From contig JBBIMI010000003.1 in NCBI GenBank assembly GCA_037444485.1, forward strand, positions 1,461-65,460: a DNA stretch of 64,000 nucleotides, read 5' to 3'. Positions 1-9,247 of the stretch are shown here, in pieces. Source of the stretch: Candidatus Micrarchaeota archaeon. Its GTDB lineage: Archaea; Micrarchaeota; Micrarchaeia; Norongarragalinales; Norongarragalinaceae. The notes beneath the pieces were generated by a model. The model was not told the DNA's origin and did no database searches. It saw only the letters and a program-made list of their open reading frames with translations. The stretch's first letter is position 1. Every line of letters starts with the position of its first letter. The position numbers and the translations under genes are program-made.

Positions 1-1501
1 CAGTAAGCCCGCTGACTATTGGTGTTTTGACTGCGGGAGGCGCTTCCATTAAATGCTTTTCAGTCAACTTGTGGTAAAAATTAGTTGGAATCTCGACCGT
101 CCTGCCTTGCTCGCCAGCTACTTTCTCTACGAGTTCAGGAGTAACCCCGTGGCTTTCATACAATAAGGCCATCGCCTCGTCGCTTAAAACGCCTTTCGCC
201 AGTACTTCGCTTGCCTTGCGCCTCGCGTTCTCAAGCGACGTGAAATACTTTTTTTCCTCGACGTCAATGATTTCGTGGATTTCGTTCAGGTTCTCGCTGT
301 ACTCCGGCCAAATTTTCTTGAAGTCGCGCGCATGCATTTCAAAGAGTTTCAGCAAGTCTATAGAGAGCTCGAATTCGTCCACGAAAGAGAAAATTCGGCG
401 TGCTAGAACGCGCAAGTTATACCCGCCGCCGGTGTTCGACGGCAGCGCGCCGTCCGTAAGTGCGAACAACAGCGAACGCGAGTGGTCCGCAATCGCGTAA
501 ACAGCTTGCATGGGGGCAATAGTTTTGTTTAATTGTTGAATGCTTAAACCGAGTGCTTTCGCGATCTTTTTTTTCTCTTCATTAAACGAACGCACGTTTT
601 CAACGTCCAGCGAAGAACTCAAGCGAATGTAATCGTCGAAAACTTTTTTTTCTACGCGCAAACCAGTTTCTTGCTTGAGGAAGTTCACTTCGTCGGGGAA
701 ACTGGCTTCGTAAATCGTCGCGTCACCCCGCGCGTACCACAACAAGCGTTCGAATCCCCAGCCGACGTCAACCACTTTCAACGGTAATTCAAGCATCCGG
801 TCGCCGTCCAAGTAATACTGCATGAAAACGTTGTTGACGAGTTCGCTTCCTTTCGAGAAACTCTCTATGCAGGGGCCGAAAGCACTATAGTCAGGCATCG
901 ACCAAACGTCTTCAGCGTAAGTCACATCGGTTTTCTTCAACCTCAACATCTTCGTCAACAACTCGTAATTGTAGGCGATCGTCTCGTCACGCCAATAGCC
1001 TTCCTTCGGGTAATCAAACGCTTTTTGTCCATACATGACGAAGCCAGTCAAGTGTCTTCCAGTGACGCCGACGTTCGCGATGTCAACGAAACGCAGGCAA
1101 GGCTGCGGCACCACGCACGGGTTCGCGGGATACTCGAAAACCGTCTTGCCGTTCTCGATGCGTTGAAAATCAACTACGTCAGCGATTACGAAAAACAAGT
1201 CTTCCCGCCAGCGGGAGAGGATTGGATACCGTTGGAGGACTTCATGGTCGTGCTTCGCCCAAAAATCGTTTAACTCGAGCAAAAAATCCACGTACTTTAC
1301 GTCAGAAGGAGTTTGTTTAAAGAAAGAGTAAGGCTCGTGGCTACTGTCGCCGCAGTTCGCGCGTTCACGCGCGGCCCAATACGCTTTGCCGCACTCGCGG
1401 CATTCAAAACGCTGGAAGCCCTCACGTTCAAACAACTCGCAGTCGTAATACTTTCCGTGTTCTCGCGAGAAACGCTTGCGTAACTCTTCCTTTGAAACCA
1501 A
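1..1501 (-). CDS. alaS: Alanyl-tRNA synthetase, archaeal type (N-terminal part; runs off window start)
   Basis: Manual translation from TTG at 1501: MVSKEELRKRFSREHGKYY..CRECGKAYW..CGD..RWREDLFF..QPCLRFVDIANVGVTGRHLTGF..VVDVGWGFERL. Not in the ORF track because it has no stop within the window. Confidence 0.95.
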   Translation of the reverse strand, partial: MVSKEELRKRFSREHGKYYDCELFEREGFQRFECRECGKAYWAARERANCGDSSHEPYSFFKQTPSDVKYVDFLLELNDFWAKHDHEVLQRYPILSRWREDLFFVIADVVDFQRIENGKTVFEYPANPCVVPQPCLRFVDIANVGVTGRHLTGFVMYGQKAFDYPKEGYWRDETIAYNYELLTKMLRLKKTDVTYAEDVWSMPDYSAFGPCIESFSKGSELVNNVFMQYYLDGDRMLELPLKVVDVGWGFERLLWYARGDATIYEASFPDEVNFLKQETGLRVEKKVFDDYIRLSSSLDVENVRSFNEEKKKIAKALGLSIQQLNKTIAPMQAVYAIADHSRSLLFALTDGALPSNTGGGYNLRVLARRIFSFVDEFELSIDLLKLFEMHARDFKKIWPEYSENLNEIHEIIDVEEKKYFTSLENARRKASEVLAKGVLSDEAMALLYESHGVTPELVEKVAGEQGRTVEIPTNFYHKLTEKHLMEAPPAVKTPIVSGLT

Positions 1502-1553
1502 ATTTCAAAACCCCGCATTGTTGAAGAAAGAAAAAACACGGTTGTTTAATTGC

Positions 1554-2066
1554 TTAACGCTTTACCGCTTGCGCTGAAATAGAAGGCGCTCCCGGCATCG
1601 CCTGCGTTACGATTTTCGCCTCGCGTTTTTTTCGAAGCGCGAACAAGCCGGGCTTGCTTGAATGCGGGTTGCGTAAAACTACTTCATAATACTGGTGTTC
1701 TCCGTCTTCACCAACCCAATAACTTCCAACCAGCTCGAGATTGCGGTGCTTGCGTAAAGCGCGTTGCTCGGCAAACCACTGCCATGATTTGCCTGGATTC
1801 TCGAACTTGCGCGTCTTGCCTGGCTTTCTCCCCAAGTCAGGCTTTCTGCGCCTACGCTTTCCCCGCGGCACTCGCACGCGCACTAACACGAATTCTTTCT
1901 TTGCTTTGAAACCAAGCTCGCGCGCTCGAGCCAAATTCGTGGGGCGAACGATGCGTTGCACGCTTTCCTGCTCGCGCCATTCCCGCAAACGTTTTTTGTA
2001 CAAGGAAGAGCGCGACGCGTAGCCTTGCTCGAAAGACTGCTTCAAGTACTTGTAGAATCCAGTCAC
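1554..2066 (-). CDS. rpl15e: 50S ribosomal protein eL15
   Basis: RPTNLARARELGFKAK and SYWVGEDGEHQYYEVVL motifs; GGTGA RBS before the GTG start. Confidence 0.96.
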   Translation of the reverse strand: MTGFYKYLKQSFEQGYASRSSLYKKRLREWREQESVQRIVRPTNLARARELGFKAKKEFVLVRVRVPRGKRRRRKPDLGRKPGKTRKFENPGKSWQWFAEQRALRKHRNLELVGSYWVGEDGEHQYYEVVLRNPHSSKPGLFALRKKREAKIVTQAMPGAPSISAQAVKR

Positions 2067-2074
2067 TTGAAATC

Positions 2075-2160
2075 ACCCTTATTCTCGGACGCGCTTTAAA
2101 AAAAAACGGGAAAGCGCGGCGCCGAACATCTAAAGCGAAAAAACAGAATTCGCTTGCAAG
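2075..2160 (-). promoter_or_regulatory. Structured 5' leader of rpl15e (candidate ribosomal-protein leader)
   Basis: Minus strand has hairpins GCGAA..TTCGC and TCGG..CGCGCTTT/AAAGCGCG..CCGA between a TATA-like ATTAAATA (~2178-2185) and the GGTGA RBS. Confidence 0.45.
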
Positions 2161-2530
2161 GTTTTTGTTTGGCAAAGTATTTAATTCTTTTTGAATAAAA
2201 AATTCGGCGTCTAACCTGCAAGTAGTTGATTAAATGAAAAACGGGCTGGCGAACAGAAATTAGATTGCGAAGAAACGAAAAAAGAAAAAAAGAATTCGCT
2301 ATTCAAGCAATCACTCTAAAGAAAATGCTTTAAACGAATTCAAGTTGTTCTAGACAAGCCTGTTCCGAGTACGTTTCAAGTACGTTATCGCGAGTGCACG
2401 GGTCTTAAAAACTCGCACTAGAAAGTGAAAGTTGCTTTAAAAAAACAGATAAAAAGAAGATGAATAAAAAAGGAAAAAAGAATAAAAAAGAAAAAATAAA
2501 AAAGAAAAAAAAGAAAAAAAATTGTTTAAG

Positions 2531-2731
2531 ATGAAGATTAAGCTCACGATAGACGACAAACGAAAAAACTTTTCCGCGAGGCAGGGCGCTAGCGTGCGCG
2601 ACGTGATGCGCGAGACAGGCATCAACAACGAAGTCGTTGTTATTAAACTTAACAACAAGATTACGCATCCGGACGCGCTGCTGCATGAAGGCGACTCGCT
2701 TGAATTCGTACACGTTATTTACGGCGGGTAA
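2531..2731 (+). CDS. Ubiquitin-like sulfur carrier (ThiS/MoaD/SAMP family)
   Basis: 66 aa from ATG 2531; beta-grasp pattern LHEGDSLEFVHVIYGG with a C-terminal GG. Confidence 0.9.
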   Translation: MKIKLTIDDKRKNFSARQGASVRDVMRETGINNEVVVIKLNNKITHPDALLHEGDSLEFVHVIYGG

Positions 2732-2772
2732 AAAACCGGAAACAAAAATTCTTTTAACGAAAAACGGTTTTT

Positions 2773-3021
2773 TTAGCGCTCGCGCTCGCTCGCAGCCCGC
2801 GCGGGACTCGCATCCGCGCGTTGCGCGACCACGAGCGCGTGGTCGCTCATCACCGCGACTTCAAGCAACTCAATCCCGTGCCGTTCAAACTCTTGAGGCT
2901 TGCTTCGCAAGCCTTTAAAAATTCTTCCAGCTTCAACACCTCAAAAACAGTATTTCGCGCACTACTGCAAATGCGCCGTCCGCGCGTTCTGTCCCGGACA
3001 ATGCTCGCTCACGCTAGACAT
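2773..3021 (-). pseudogene. tnpA: Y1 (HUH) transposase TnpA pseudogene
   Basis: GGAGG then ATG 3021. Reads HLQ*CAKYCF* (cf. HxxWCxKYR), then after frameshifts ERHGIELLEVAVMSDHALVV..SPARA (cf. EVMPDHVH..SPS). C-terminal half absent. Confidence 0.78.
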
Positions 3022-3141
3022 GACTTACGCCTCCGGCGGCGCAACATCCGCGCCGCTAAGAAGGCATTATAATCGCAAAGAATTTAGGGCTAATTCATCC
3101 CACGACTGAACTCGTGGGATTTCTCAGCCAAACGCATTAAA
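2773..3141 (-). mobile_element. Decayed IS200/IS605-family element: left-end hairpin plus tnpA remnant
   Basis: Perfect 9-bp palindrome ATCCCACGA-ctgaac-TCGTGGGAT (3097-3120), preceded on the minus strand by TTTAA and followed by a tnpA-like pseudogene. Confidence 0.8.
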
Positions 3142-3154
3142 AAAAGGTGATCAA

Positions 3155-3766
3155 ATGAATCAAATTCCAGAAATAAAGAAAATCAAGGTTATTGGAATTA
3201 ATTATGGACGAAACTTTCCAGACCTGGAAAGATTGATGGAGCACGTAGAGCCAGGGATGCGCGTTGGTTTGGCATTAACAAAAGAAATGCTAGAATATGT
3301 GTTGAAATTAGAGGAAGGCGCAAAACCAAGAGCAGAATACCTTGCTTCTGATGAGTATCAATTCATCAAAAAATTGGTTGCAAAAATAACGGAAAAAAAA
3401 GCTGCTATAGTACCATTGTACGAAGAAAAATTCTTGAAAAAATTGCTGAAAGAGAATATTGGCATACTAAAAGAAGTGGAAAAAAAAGAATTTAGAATCA
3501 ATTATGATGTGCTTTTTGGTGGTGGAAGTTCAAAATCACCGTTTGAAATAAGGGAAGAAATAGTAAAAGAACTGGAAGCGCACCAAAAGAACCAAGCTTT
3601 GAGATTTAATAAGAAAATACTAGAAAAAATTATTAATGAAAAAGTTCACGTGGCAATCCTCGGACGCGAAGACCCAAGCGGAAACCCAAGTTCAACAATT
3701 GAAACAATTAAAAATGAGGGCACTAAATTAAAACCTTTAGAGTTTGAATTCCTTGAATTTGATTAA
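3155..3766 (+). CDS. Hypothetical K/E-rich protein with AT-rich composition
   Basis: 203-aa ORF with GGTGA RBS; visibly lower GC than neighbours; no recognised motif. Confidence 0.75.
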   Translation: MNQIPEIKKIKVIGINYGRNFPDLERLMEHVEPGMRVGLALTKEMLEYVLKLEEGAKPRAEYLASDEYQFIKKLVAKITEKKAAIVPLYEEKFLKKLLKENIGILKEVEKKEFRINYDVLFGGGSSKSPFEIREEIVKELEAHQKNQALRFNKKILEKIINEKVHVAILGREDPSGNPSSTIETIKNEGTKLKPLEFEFLEFD

Positions 3767-3819
3767 CTTGAATTCTGCATGCTATTAGCAGTCTATCCGC
3801 ATACGATTTAGTCAAGCCT

Positions 3820-4428
3820 TCACTTAGGCTGCTTGCGTTTTTCCCTCGCTAAACGCGTTAACGCTGGAACTAGCGAGATTATGACAACTAAGATAATCGC
3901 GACGCTCACGTACTCTACTAAGTTAGGAATCAGGCTGCCTAAAAAAAATCCTGCGAGCGTTACCGACAAAACCCATGAAACCCCGCCTAAAACGTTGAAA
4001 AACAAGAAGCGTAAATAATTCATTTCCCCGGTGCCAGCAAAGGTTGGGGCGATCGTGCGCACGACAGGAATCCAGCGCGCGAAGAAAATAGTTTTGCCGC
4101 CGTGCTTTTCGAAAAACCGTTTAGTCTTCTCCAAGTTTTTCTTGTTCAAGTAATCGTCGAGAAAATGTCTTTCCTTCTCGAACACGCGTTTTCCGAAACG
4201 CTTGCCTAAGAAATAACCGAGAGAATCGCCGGCGATCGCCGCAACCACGCAGACTACAATGGTTTCACTCACGCCGATTACGCCCTTCGAAGCAAGCAAG
4301 CCTGCTGTGAACAAAAGCGTGTCGCCGGGCAGGAAAAACCCGGCGAGCAACCCAGTTTCTGCGAACACGATGAAAAACAAACTCGCGTAGCCGAAAGACA
4401 AAATCAATTGCTCGACGTTGAAAAACAT
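3820..4428 (-). CDS. dedA: DedA/VTT-domain membrane protein
   Basis: FAETGLLAGFFLPGDTLLF, GDSLGY, ARWIPVVRT. Confidence 0.93.
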   Translation of the reverse strand: MFFNVEQLILSFGYASLFFIVFAETGLLAGFFLPGDTLLFTAGLLASKGVIGVSETIVVCVVAAIAGDSLGYFLGKRFGKRVFEKERHFLDDYLNKKNLEKTKRFFEKHGGKTIFFARWIPVVRTIAPTFAGTGEMNYLRFLFFNVLGGVSWVLSVTLAGFFLGSLIPNLVEYVSVAIILVVIISLVPALTRLAREKRKQPK

Positions 4429-4527
4429 TTTTTCATCCCTAAAAAGAAAACGCTATAAACTTGAAGCGAACACTTTATTTAAAAGCAATTAAAAAGAAAT
4501 TCAAACGATTGCTTAAAGGTTTTAAAA

Positions 4528-5553
4528 ATGAAGCTACAGACACCAAAATACACGCCAAAACACACGCCAAAATGCAGTAAGTGCGGCAAACGCGAAGCAA
4601 TAATCGAAATACGTTACGAAATACGTTACGCTAGCGCAAACTTCTGCAAAAACTGTTTTCTAGAGTATTTCGAGAAACGCGTGAAGAAAGCGAATTACGA
4701 CTTTAAACTCGCGCGACGCGGCGACGTAATCGCTGTAGGTGTCTCGGGTGGAAAAGACAGCACTGCAATGCTTCACGCACTCTACAAACTCGCGCGCGAA
4801 ATCGGCGAAATCGTTCTCGTGCCAGTTCTCGTGAATGAAGGCATCCGCGGATACCGCGACGAGAGTGCCGAAAAAGCGCGCGAAGCCTGCGAGCGCTTCG
4901 ACTTAAAACTTCACGAGTATTCCTTCGAGAAAGAATACGGTTTGACTATGGACTCTGCGACTGCTTTCGAGAAGAGAAAGCATCCAGCTTGTTCTTACTG
5001 CGGCGTTTGGCGCAAGGCGTTGTTAAACAAAGCCGCGCTTGAAGTTGGAGCTAACAAGCTCGCAATCGGCCACAATGCCGACGACACGGTGCAAACTTTT
5101 TTAATGAATTTAATGCGTTGCGACATGCCGCGCTTGACGCGCTCTGGCGCATTGAGTGGGGTTGCGGAACGCGAAGGCTTCGTGCGCCGCATAAAGCCGT
5201 TGGTTTACGTTCTAGAACGCGAAACCGCGCTTTACTGCGAATTACTGGAATTGCCTTACTACCGCGGTTCGTGTTCCTACTCTACTGAAGCAATGAGGGG
5301 GGTAGTGAAATACTTTCTGAACGCCGCCGAAGAAAAACACCCGGGCACTAAACTCGCGTTATTGAATTCTTTCCTTGCGCTGAAGAACGAATTAAGCGGA
5401 AAAAGCGGATTGAATCCAGTGTACTCGAATGAATCGTTGAAAAAATGCGGCGAGTGCGGCGCGCCTTCGGCAAGCGCATTATGCCGCGCTTGCGTTTTCT
5501 TGAAAGAATTGAAGGCTGAAGGCTTTCAATTCACAACAGCCCGCCGCGAATGA
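4528..5553 (+). CDS. ncsA: tRNA 2-thiolation protein (NcsA/TtuA/Ctu1 family)
   Basis: N- and C-terminal Zn fingers, PP-loop SGGKDS, CSYCGVWR, GHNADD. Confidence 0.92.
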   Translation: MKLQTPKYTPKHTPKCSKCGKREAIIEIRYEIRYASANFCKNCFLEYFEKRVKKANYDFKLARRGDVIAVGVSGGKDSTAMLHALYKLAREIGEIVLVPVLVNEGIRGYRDESAEKAREACERFDLKLHEYSFEKEYGLTMDSATAFEKRKHPACSYCGVWRKALLNKAALEVGANKLAIGHNADDTVQTFLMNLMRCDMPRLTRSGALSGVAEREGFVRRIKPLVYVLERETALYCELLELPYYRGSCSYSTEAMRGVVKYFLNAAEEKHPGTKLALLNSFLALKNELSGKSGLNPVYSNESLKKCGECGAPSASALCRACVFLKELKAEGFQFTTARRE

Positions 5554-6109
5554 ATTCGATTCCTATCCCCACCAGCAAGAGCCCCATTACCTTGCTGGAA
5601 ACGTCTATAATCTGGCTTCCCAACACGCGCTGCAGCAAGTTCGAGTAATGCAATATTATCCACGACAACACCAACGCAGTTAAAAGCGCGCTCAACGGAA
5701 TCCAGTAACCGAATTGGTTTGACAACAAAATCAAGCTACTCAACAAACCAGGTCCGGTAAGCAACGGGGTTGCTACAAGCACAACCACCGCATTCAAATC
5801 CTGTTTCTTCACGCCGTGATTTAATGAAAAACCAAGCACCGTCTCCAAACCCAGCAGCGAGAGCAGAATGCCGCCCGCGATTCTAAAACTGCCTAACGAG
5901 ATTCCCAACGCGTTCAACAACGCGGTGCCGGCAAACAAGAAAATCAATGCGAGAATCCCAGCAATCAACACTGCCTTGTTAGCGGCTTTCATGCGCTGCG
6001 AGTCGTTAAAGCCTTTTGTAAGCGCGATGAAAGCAGGCAAGCTCGCAAACGGGTCCATGATTACGAATAACGTGATGAACGACGTCATGAAACTAGCAAG
6101 CAAGTCCAT
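5531..6109 (-). CDS. marC: MarC family membrane protein
   Basis: LFVIMDPF, FRIAGGILL, TPLLTGPG; likely start ATG 6109. Confidence 0.92.
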   Translation of the reverse strand: MDLLASFMTSFITLFVIMDPFASLPAFIALTKGFNDSQRMKAANKAVLIAGILALIFLFAGTALLNALGISLGSFRIAGGILLSLLGLETVLGFSLNHGVKKQDLNAVVVLVATPLLTGPGLLSSLILLSNQFGYWIPLSALLTALVLSWIILHYSNLLQRVLGSQIIDVSSKVMGLLLVGIGIEFIRGGLL

Positions 6110-6177
6110 GAAAAAGACAAACGAAGAAAAAGCATAAAAACATAGTGGAAGAAAAAACATAGTGGAAGAAAGCGGTT

Positions 6178-7332
6178 TTAAACGCGTAACACGAAGTCCA
6201 TGTCCCCAAACGCCTTCAAAAACAAAGGCAGGCCCGCCACGCGTCCAGCAGCCAACGCGAAGTCAAGGCAATCGTTTCCAAGCGAGTTCTTGAAGCCAGC
6301 GATAACGGCATGCAAACGCAGTTCCTTGCTGAACTCACGCCTCCACGCGCGCTCGTAACTTAAAGTTTCTCCATTTTTCAGAAAACTGGCAGCGCAACGC
6401 GCAGCGATTCGCGCGCAGTTACCGCCAAACACTACGCCGCCACCCGTGGTTGCCTTCACTTGTCCGGCAGCGTCGCCAACAAGCATGACGCGTCCTTCCT
6501 GCGTTTTCTTGCGAACAGCGACTGGAATCACCGCAGTGAATTCCCTAATTTTTTTAGCTTTGGAAAGGGTTTCTCGCACGAGGGGTTCTTTAAACAAGGC
6601 TTTTTTTCCAGCGTCGAGTTTCTTGAAGTTTTTCACGCCCAACCCGATTTTAACGCCCAGCCCGACGCGCGCGACACCTTCTTGAGCTGGAACAATCCAA
6701 GCGAAAAACCCTGGAAACGCGCGAGAATTCAAGAAAACTTGCACGAAATCTTTGCGTGGTGGTTCCGCGTTTGAAAACTCCGCTTCGTAACCTAAAACGA
6801 GTTCCTTGATTTTCGGGAAACCAAGCGCGTTCGCAGTGAACGACGCTGCCCCGTCGGCTGCAATGACGATTCGCGCGTCGAAAAACTTTTTTCCACTGAA
6901 AACACGCACGAAATCCTTTCCTTGTTTTGCCTTCCCTTGCTTTACTTTTCCTTGCTTTATGCCTGTCGCCTTGCAGTTAAACAAAAACTTTGCGCCTGCT
7001 TTTCGCGCTTGCTTAAAGCATTCTTCGTCGAAACGCTTGCGGTCAAGCACTAGCGCGACAGGCTCGCTGCGCGATGCTTCTAGCCGCGCGTTAGGCGAGT
7101 GAAACGAAACGCCACGCACTTGATTTAACACTGCAGGCGCGTAATTCGCTTCAAGCGATTCGAGGCCGCGTTTAGAGTAAAGCGCAGTGCATTTTCCTTG
7201 TTTTCCTGGTTCTGCGTGTTCTTCCAAAACAAGTGTTTTAAGGTTCAATTGCGCGCAATCTCTGGCTGCGATGCAGCCGACGGCGCTCGCGCCGATTACC
7301 GCAACGTCGAAAACGTTTTTCAAGTCCAACAA
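6178..7332 (-). CDS. Geranylgeranyl reductase family FAD oxidoreductase
   Basis: Degenerate N-terminal dinucleotide motif, AADG, PGFFAWIVP, LVGDAAGQVKATTGGG. Confidence 0.9.
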   Translation of the reverse strand: MLDLKNVFDVAVIGASAVGCIAARDCAQLNLKTLVLEEHAEPGKQGKCTALYSKRGLESLEANYAPAVLNQVRGVSFHSPNARLEASRSEPVALVLDRKRFDEECFKQARKAGAKFLFNCKATGIKQGKVKQGKAKQGKDFVRVFSGKKFFDARIVIAADGAASFTANALGFPKIKELVLGYEAEFSNAEPPRKDFVQVFLNSRAFPGFFAWIVPAQEGVARVGLGVKIGLGVKNFKKLDAGKKALFKEPLVRETLSKAKKIREFTAVIPVAVRKKTQEGRVMLVGDAAGQVKATTGGGVVFGGNCARIAARCAASFLKNGETLSYERAWRREFSKELRLHAVIAGFKNSLGNDCLDFALAAGRVAGLPLFLKAFGDMDFVLRV

Positions 7333-7396
7333 ACCTTTCTTTTTTGACTTTTTGAAACGTTTTTTATTGTTGAAGCTTCAATTTATTTGTTGGGTT

Positions 7397-7690
7397 TTGC
7401 ACGTGGTCCAAGTAATTCAAGCAATTGTTGGCTTCGCGTTGTTTTTCGCTACAGGCTTTTTCGTAGCGCGCGCGTTTTTCTTCGACCGCGAGTGGAATGT
7501 TTTCGAGAAAAGTGCGGTCAGCCTAGCTGTTGCGCTCACGGTGCCTGCATTTGTGCTCGTGCTCTCGAATTTGCTTTTACGCATTCCCTTCGACGCTTAT
7601 TTGGTGTACGTGGTTTTCTTGCTGATGATTGCTGGGAGCTTGGCTTACGAGAAAAAGTTTGAGAAAAAACTGTTTGAGAAAAAAACTTAA
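7397..7690 (+). CDS. Small 3-TM membrane protein (DUF1616-like)
   Basis: 3' part of ORF 7187-7690; GFFVARAFF..FEKSAVSLAV pattern; start TTG 7397 or GTG 7403. Confidence 0.65.
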   Translation: MHVVQVIQAIVGFALFFATGFFVARAFFFDREWNVFEKSAVSLAVALTVPAFVLVLSNLLLRIPFDAYLVYVVFLLMIAGSLAYEKKFEKKLFEKKT

Positions 7691-8412
7691 CGCAATTCCA
7701 TGCGTAGTTTCAACAATCCCCAAACCATTTCCAACGCTGTTTTGAAAACCCCGAAAACGCCTGCTTCAAGCGGCCCGCCTGGAACGTGCTTCCAACGAAC
7801 AGGAATTTCTTTGATTAAAAAACCGTGTTTTTTGGCTCTGTAAAGCAATTCAACGTCGAACTCGAAGCCGGAGTGCGTCAATTCGCGCGCGAGAATCTTT
7901 CCGGGTTTTTTCTTGAAGGCCTTAAAACCGCACTGCGTGTCGCTGAAACGCAAGCCAAACAACAAGCGCACCAACGCGTTGAAAATGCGGCTTGACGCGC
8001 CGCGGTGCGGCGCGACTCCGCGCACTACCGCGCCTTGCGCGGCGCGAGAACCGATTACCACTTCGCTTGTCTTGAGTGCTTCAAGCGCTTTAGGGATTTC
8101 TGTTGGTGGAGTCGCCGCGTCAGCATCGTAAACCACGAGCGCTTTCCCCCTTGCCGCCTCCAAGCCTTTCTTCACGCCGCCGCCTTTACCTAATCGCTTT
8201 GGAAAATGCATTAACTTTAGTTTGAGCCAAGAGTTTTCTTCGCCGAACTCGCGCACGATTTTGCTGGTTGCATCGGTCCCGTCGTCGACGACCACGAGTT
8301 CGAAAACGATTTTCTTGACGCGGAGGAAACGCGTGAGCGCTTCTAGCGTGGGGCGAATGCGTTTCGCTTCGTTGTGCGTTGGGATTATTATTGAAAGCAA
8401 GCTCAGTTCCAC
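7687..8412 (-). CDS. GT2 glycosyltransferase (dolichyl-phosphate hexosyltransferase-like)
   Basis: SIIIPTHNE, VVDDG, DAD, DTQCGFK, FEFDVELL. Confidence 0.92.
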   Translation of the reverse strand: MELSLLSIIIPTHNEAKRIRPTLEALTRFLRVKKIVFELVVVDDGTDATSKIVREFGEENSWLKLKLMHFPKRLGKGGGVKKGLEAARGKALVVYDADAATPPTEIPKALEALKTSEVVIGSRAAQGAVVRGVAPHRGASSRIFNALVRLLFGLRFSDTQCGFKAFKKKPGKILARELTHSGFEFDVELLYRAKKHGFLIKEIPVRWKHVPGGPLEAGVFGVFKTALEMVWGLLKLRMELR

Positions 8413-8506
8413 CGTCAGCTTTCATTCTCTTCTTTTATTGAATCTTTTATTGAAAGATTTAAATGCGCGCTTGATTAAAAACAATTGTTTCGCTTTTTTT
8501 CTGTGA

Positions 8507-9247
8507 ATGCGAGGGGTGGTTGAAGGGTTGAAGGTAGTAATTTTGTGTGGGGGTAAAGGCACGCGGCTGCGGCCTTACACGCACTCTGTTCCAAAACCAA
8601 TGCTTTTGCTTGGACGCAAACCTATTCTAGAATACACGATTGATAAACTCAAGGCTGAAGGTTTTAAGGAAATAGTGCTCGCAGTAGGACACTTAAAGGA
8701 ACAAATAATGGATTACTTCGGCGACGGCAAAAACTTCGGCGTCAAAATCCGTTACTCTATAGAACACGATGGTTTGGGGGATGCAGGCGCTTTAAAAAAC
8801 GCTTGGAAATTCGTTGAAAAAAAAGAAAACTTTCTGCTTTTGATGGCCGACCAACTTACAAACCTCGACTACAGGAAGATAGTGAGGGAACACGAGAAAA
8901 GCAAGCTTATTGCTACAGTCGCGTTAAAGCGCGTCGGCATTCCACTCCAGTGGGGAATTTTCGAGACTGACTCGCGCGGCAGGATAGTGTCTCTAGCTGA
9001 AAAACCAATCATCGAAAAACTCGTGAACACTGCGATTTACGTCTTCAACAAGAAAGTCTTTGAATTCCTTCCAGACAAAGGAATCCTTTCGACTGACGTG
9101 ATTCCAAAACTTATTGCGGAGAAAGCCATTCAAGGATTCGTTTTCGACGATTACTGGGTTGACGTTGGAAGCATTCGCGAGTACGAGGAAATCAATCAAG
9201 CCGTCAGCCTAGCAGACTTGATTTCACACGTCAAAAACCGTGATTAA
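8507..9247 (+). CDS. Sugar-phosphate nucleotidyltransferase
   Basis: LCGGKGTRLRP..PKPM and YWVDVG. Confidence 0.92.
   Translation: MRGVVEGLKVVILCGGKGTRLRPYTHSVPKPMLLLGRKPILEYTIDKLKAEGFKEIVLAVGHLKEQIMDYFGDGKNFGVKIRYSIEHDGLGDAGALKNAWKFVEKKENFLLLMADQLTNLDYRKIVREHEKSKLIATVALKRVGIPLQWGIFETDSRGRIVSLAEKPIIEKLVNTAIYVFNKKVFEFLPDKGILSTDVIPKLIAEKAIQGFVFDDYWVDVGSIREYEEINQAVSLADLISHVKNRD

Noticed and set aside
2941..2964. Pyrrolysine/selenocysteine or alternative-code readthrough of TAG/TGA in tnpA
   Set aside because: Frameshifts and a broken HUH motif accompany the stops, and housekeeping genes here use TAA, TAG and TGA as stops.
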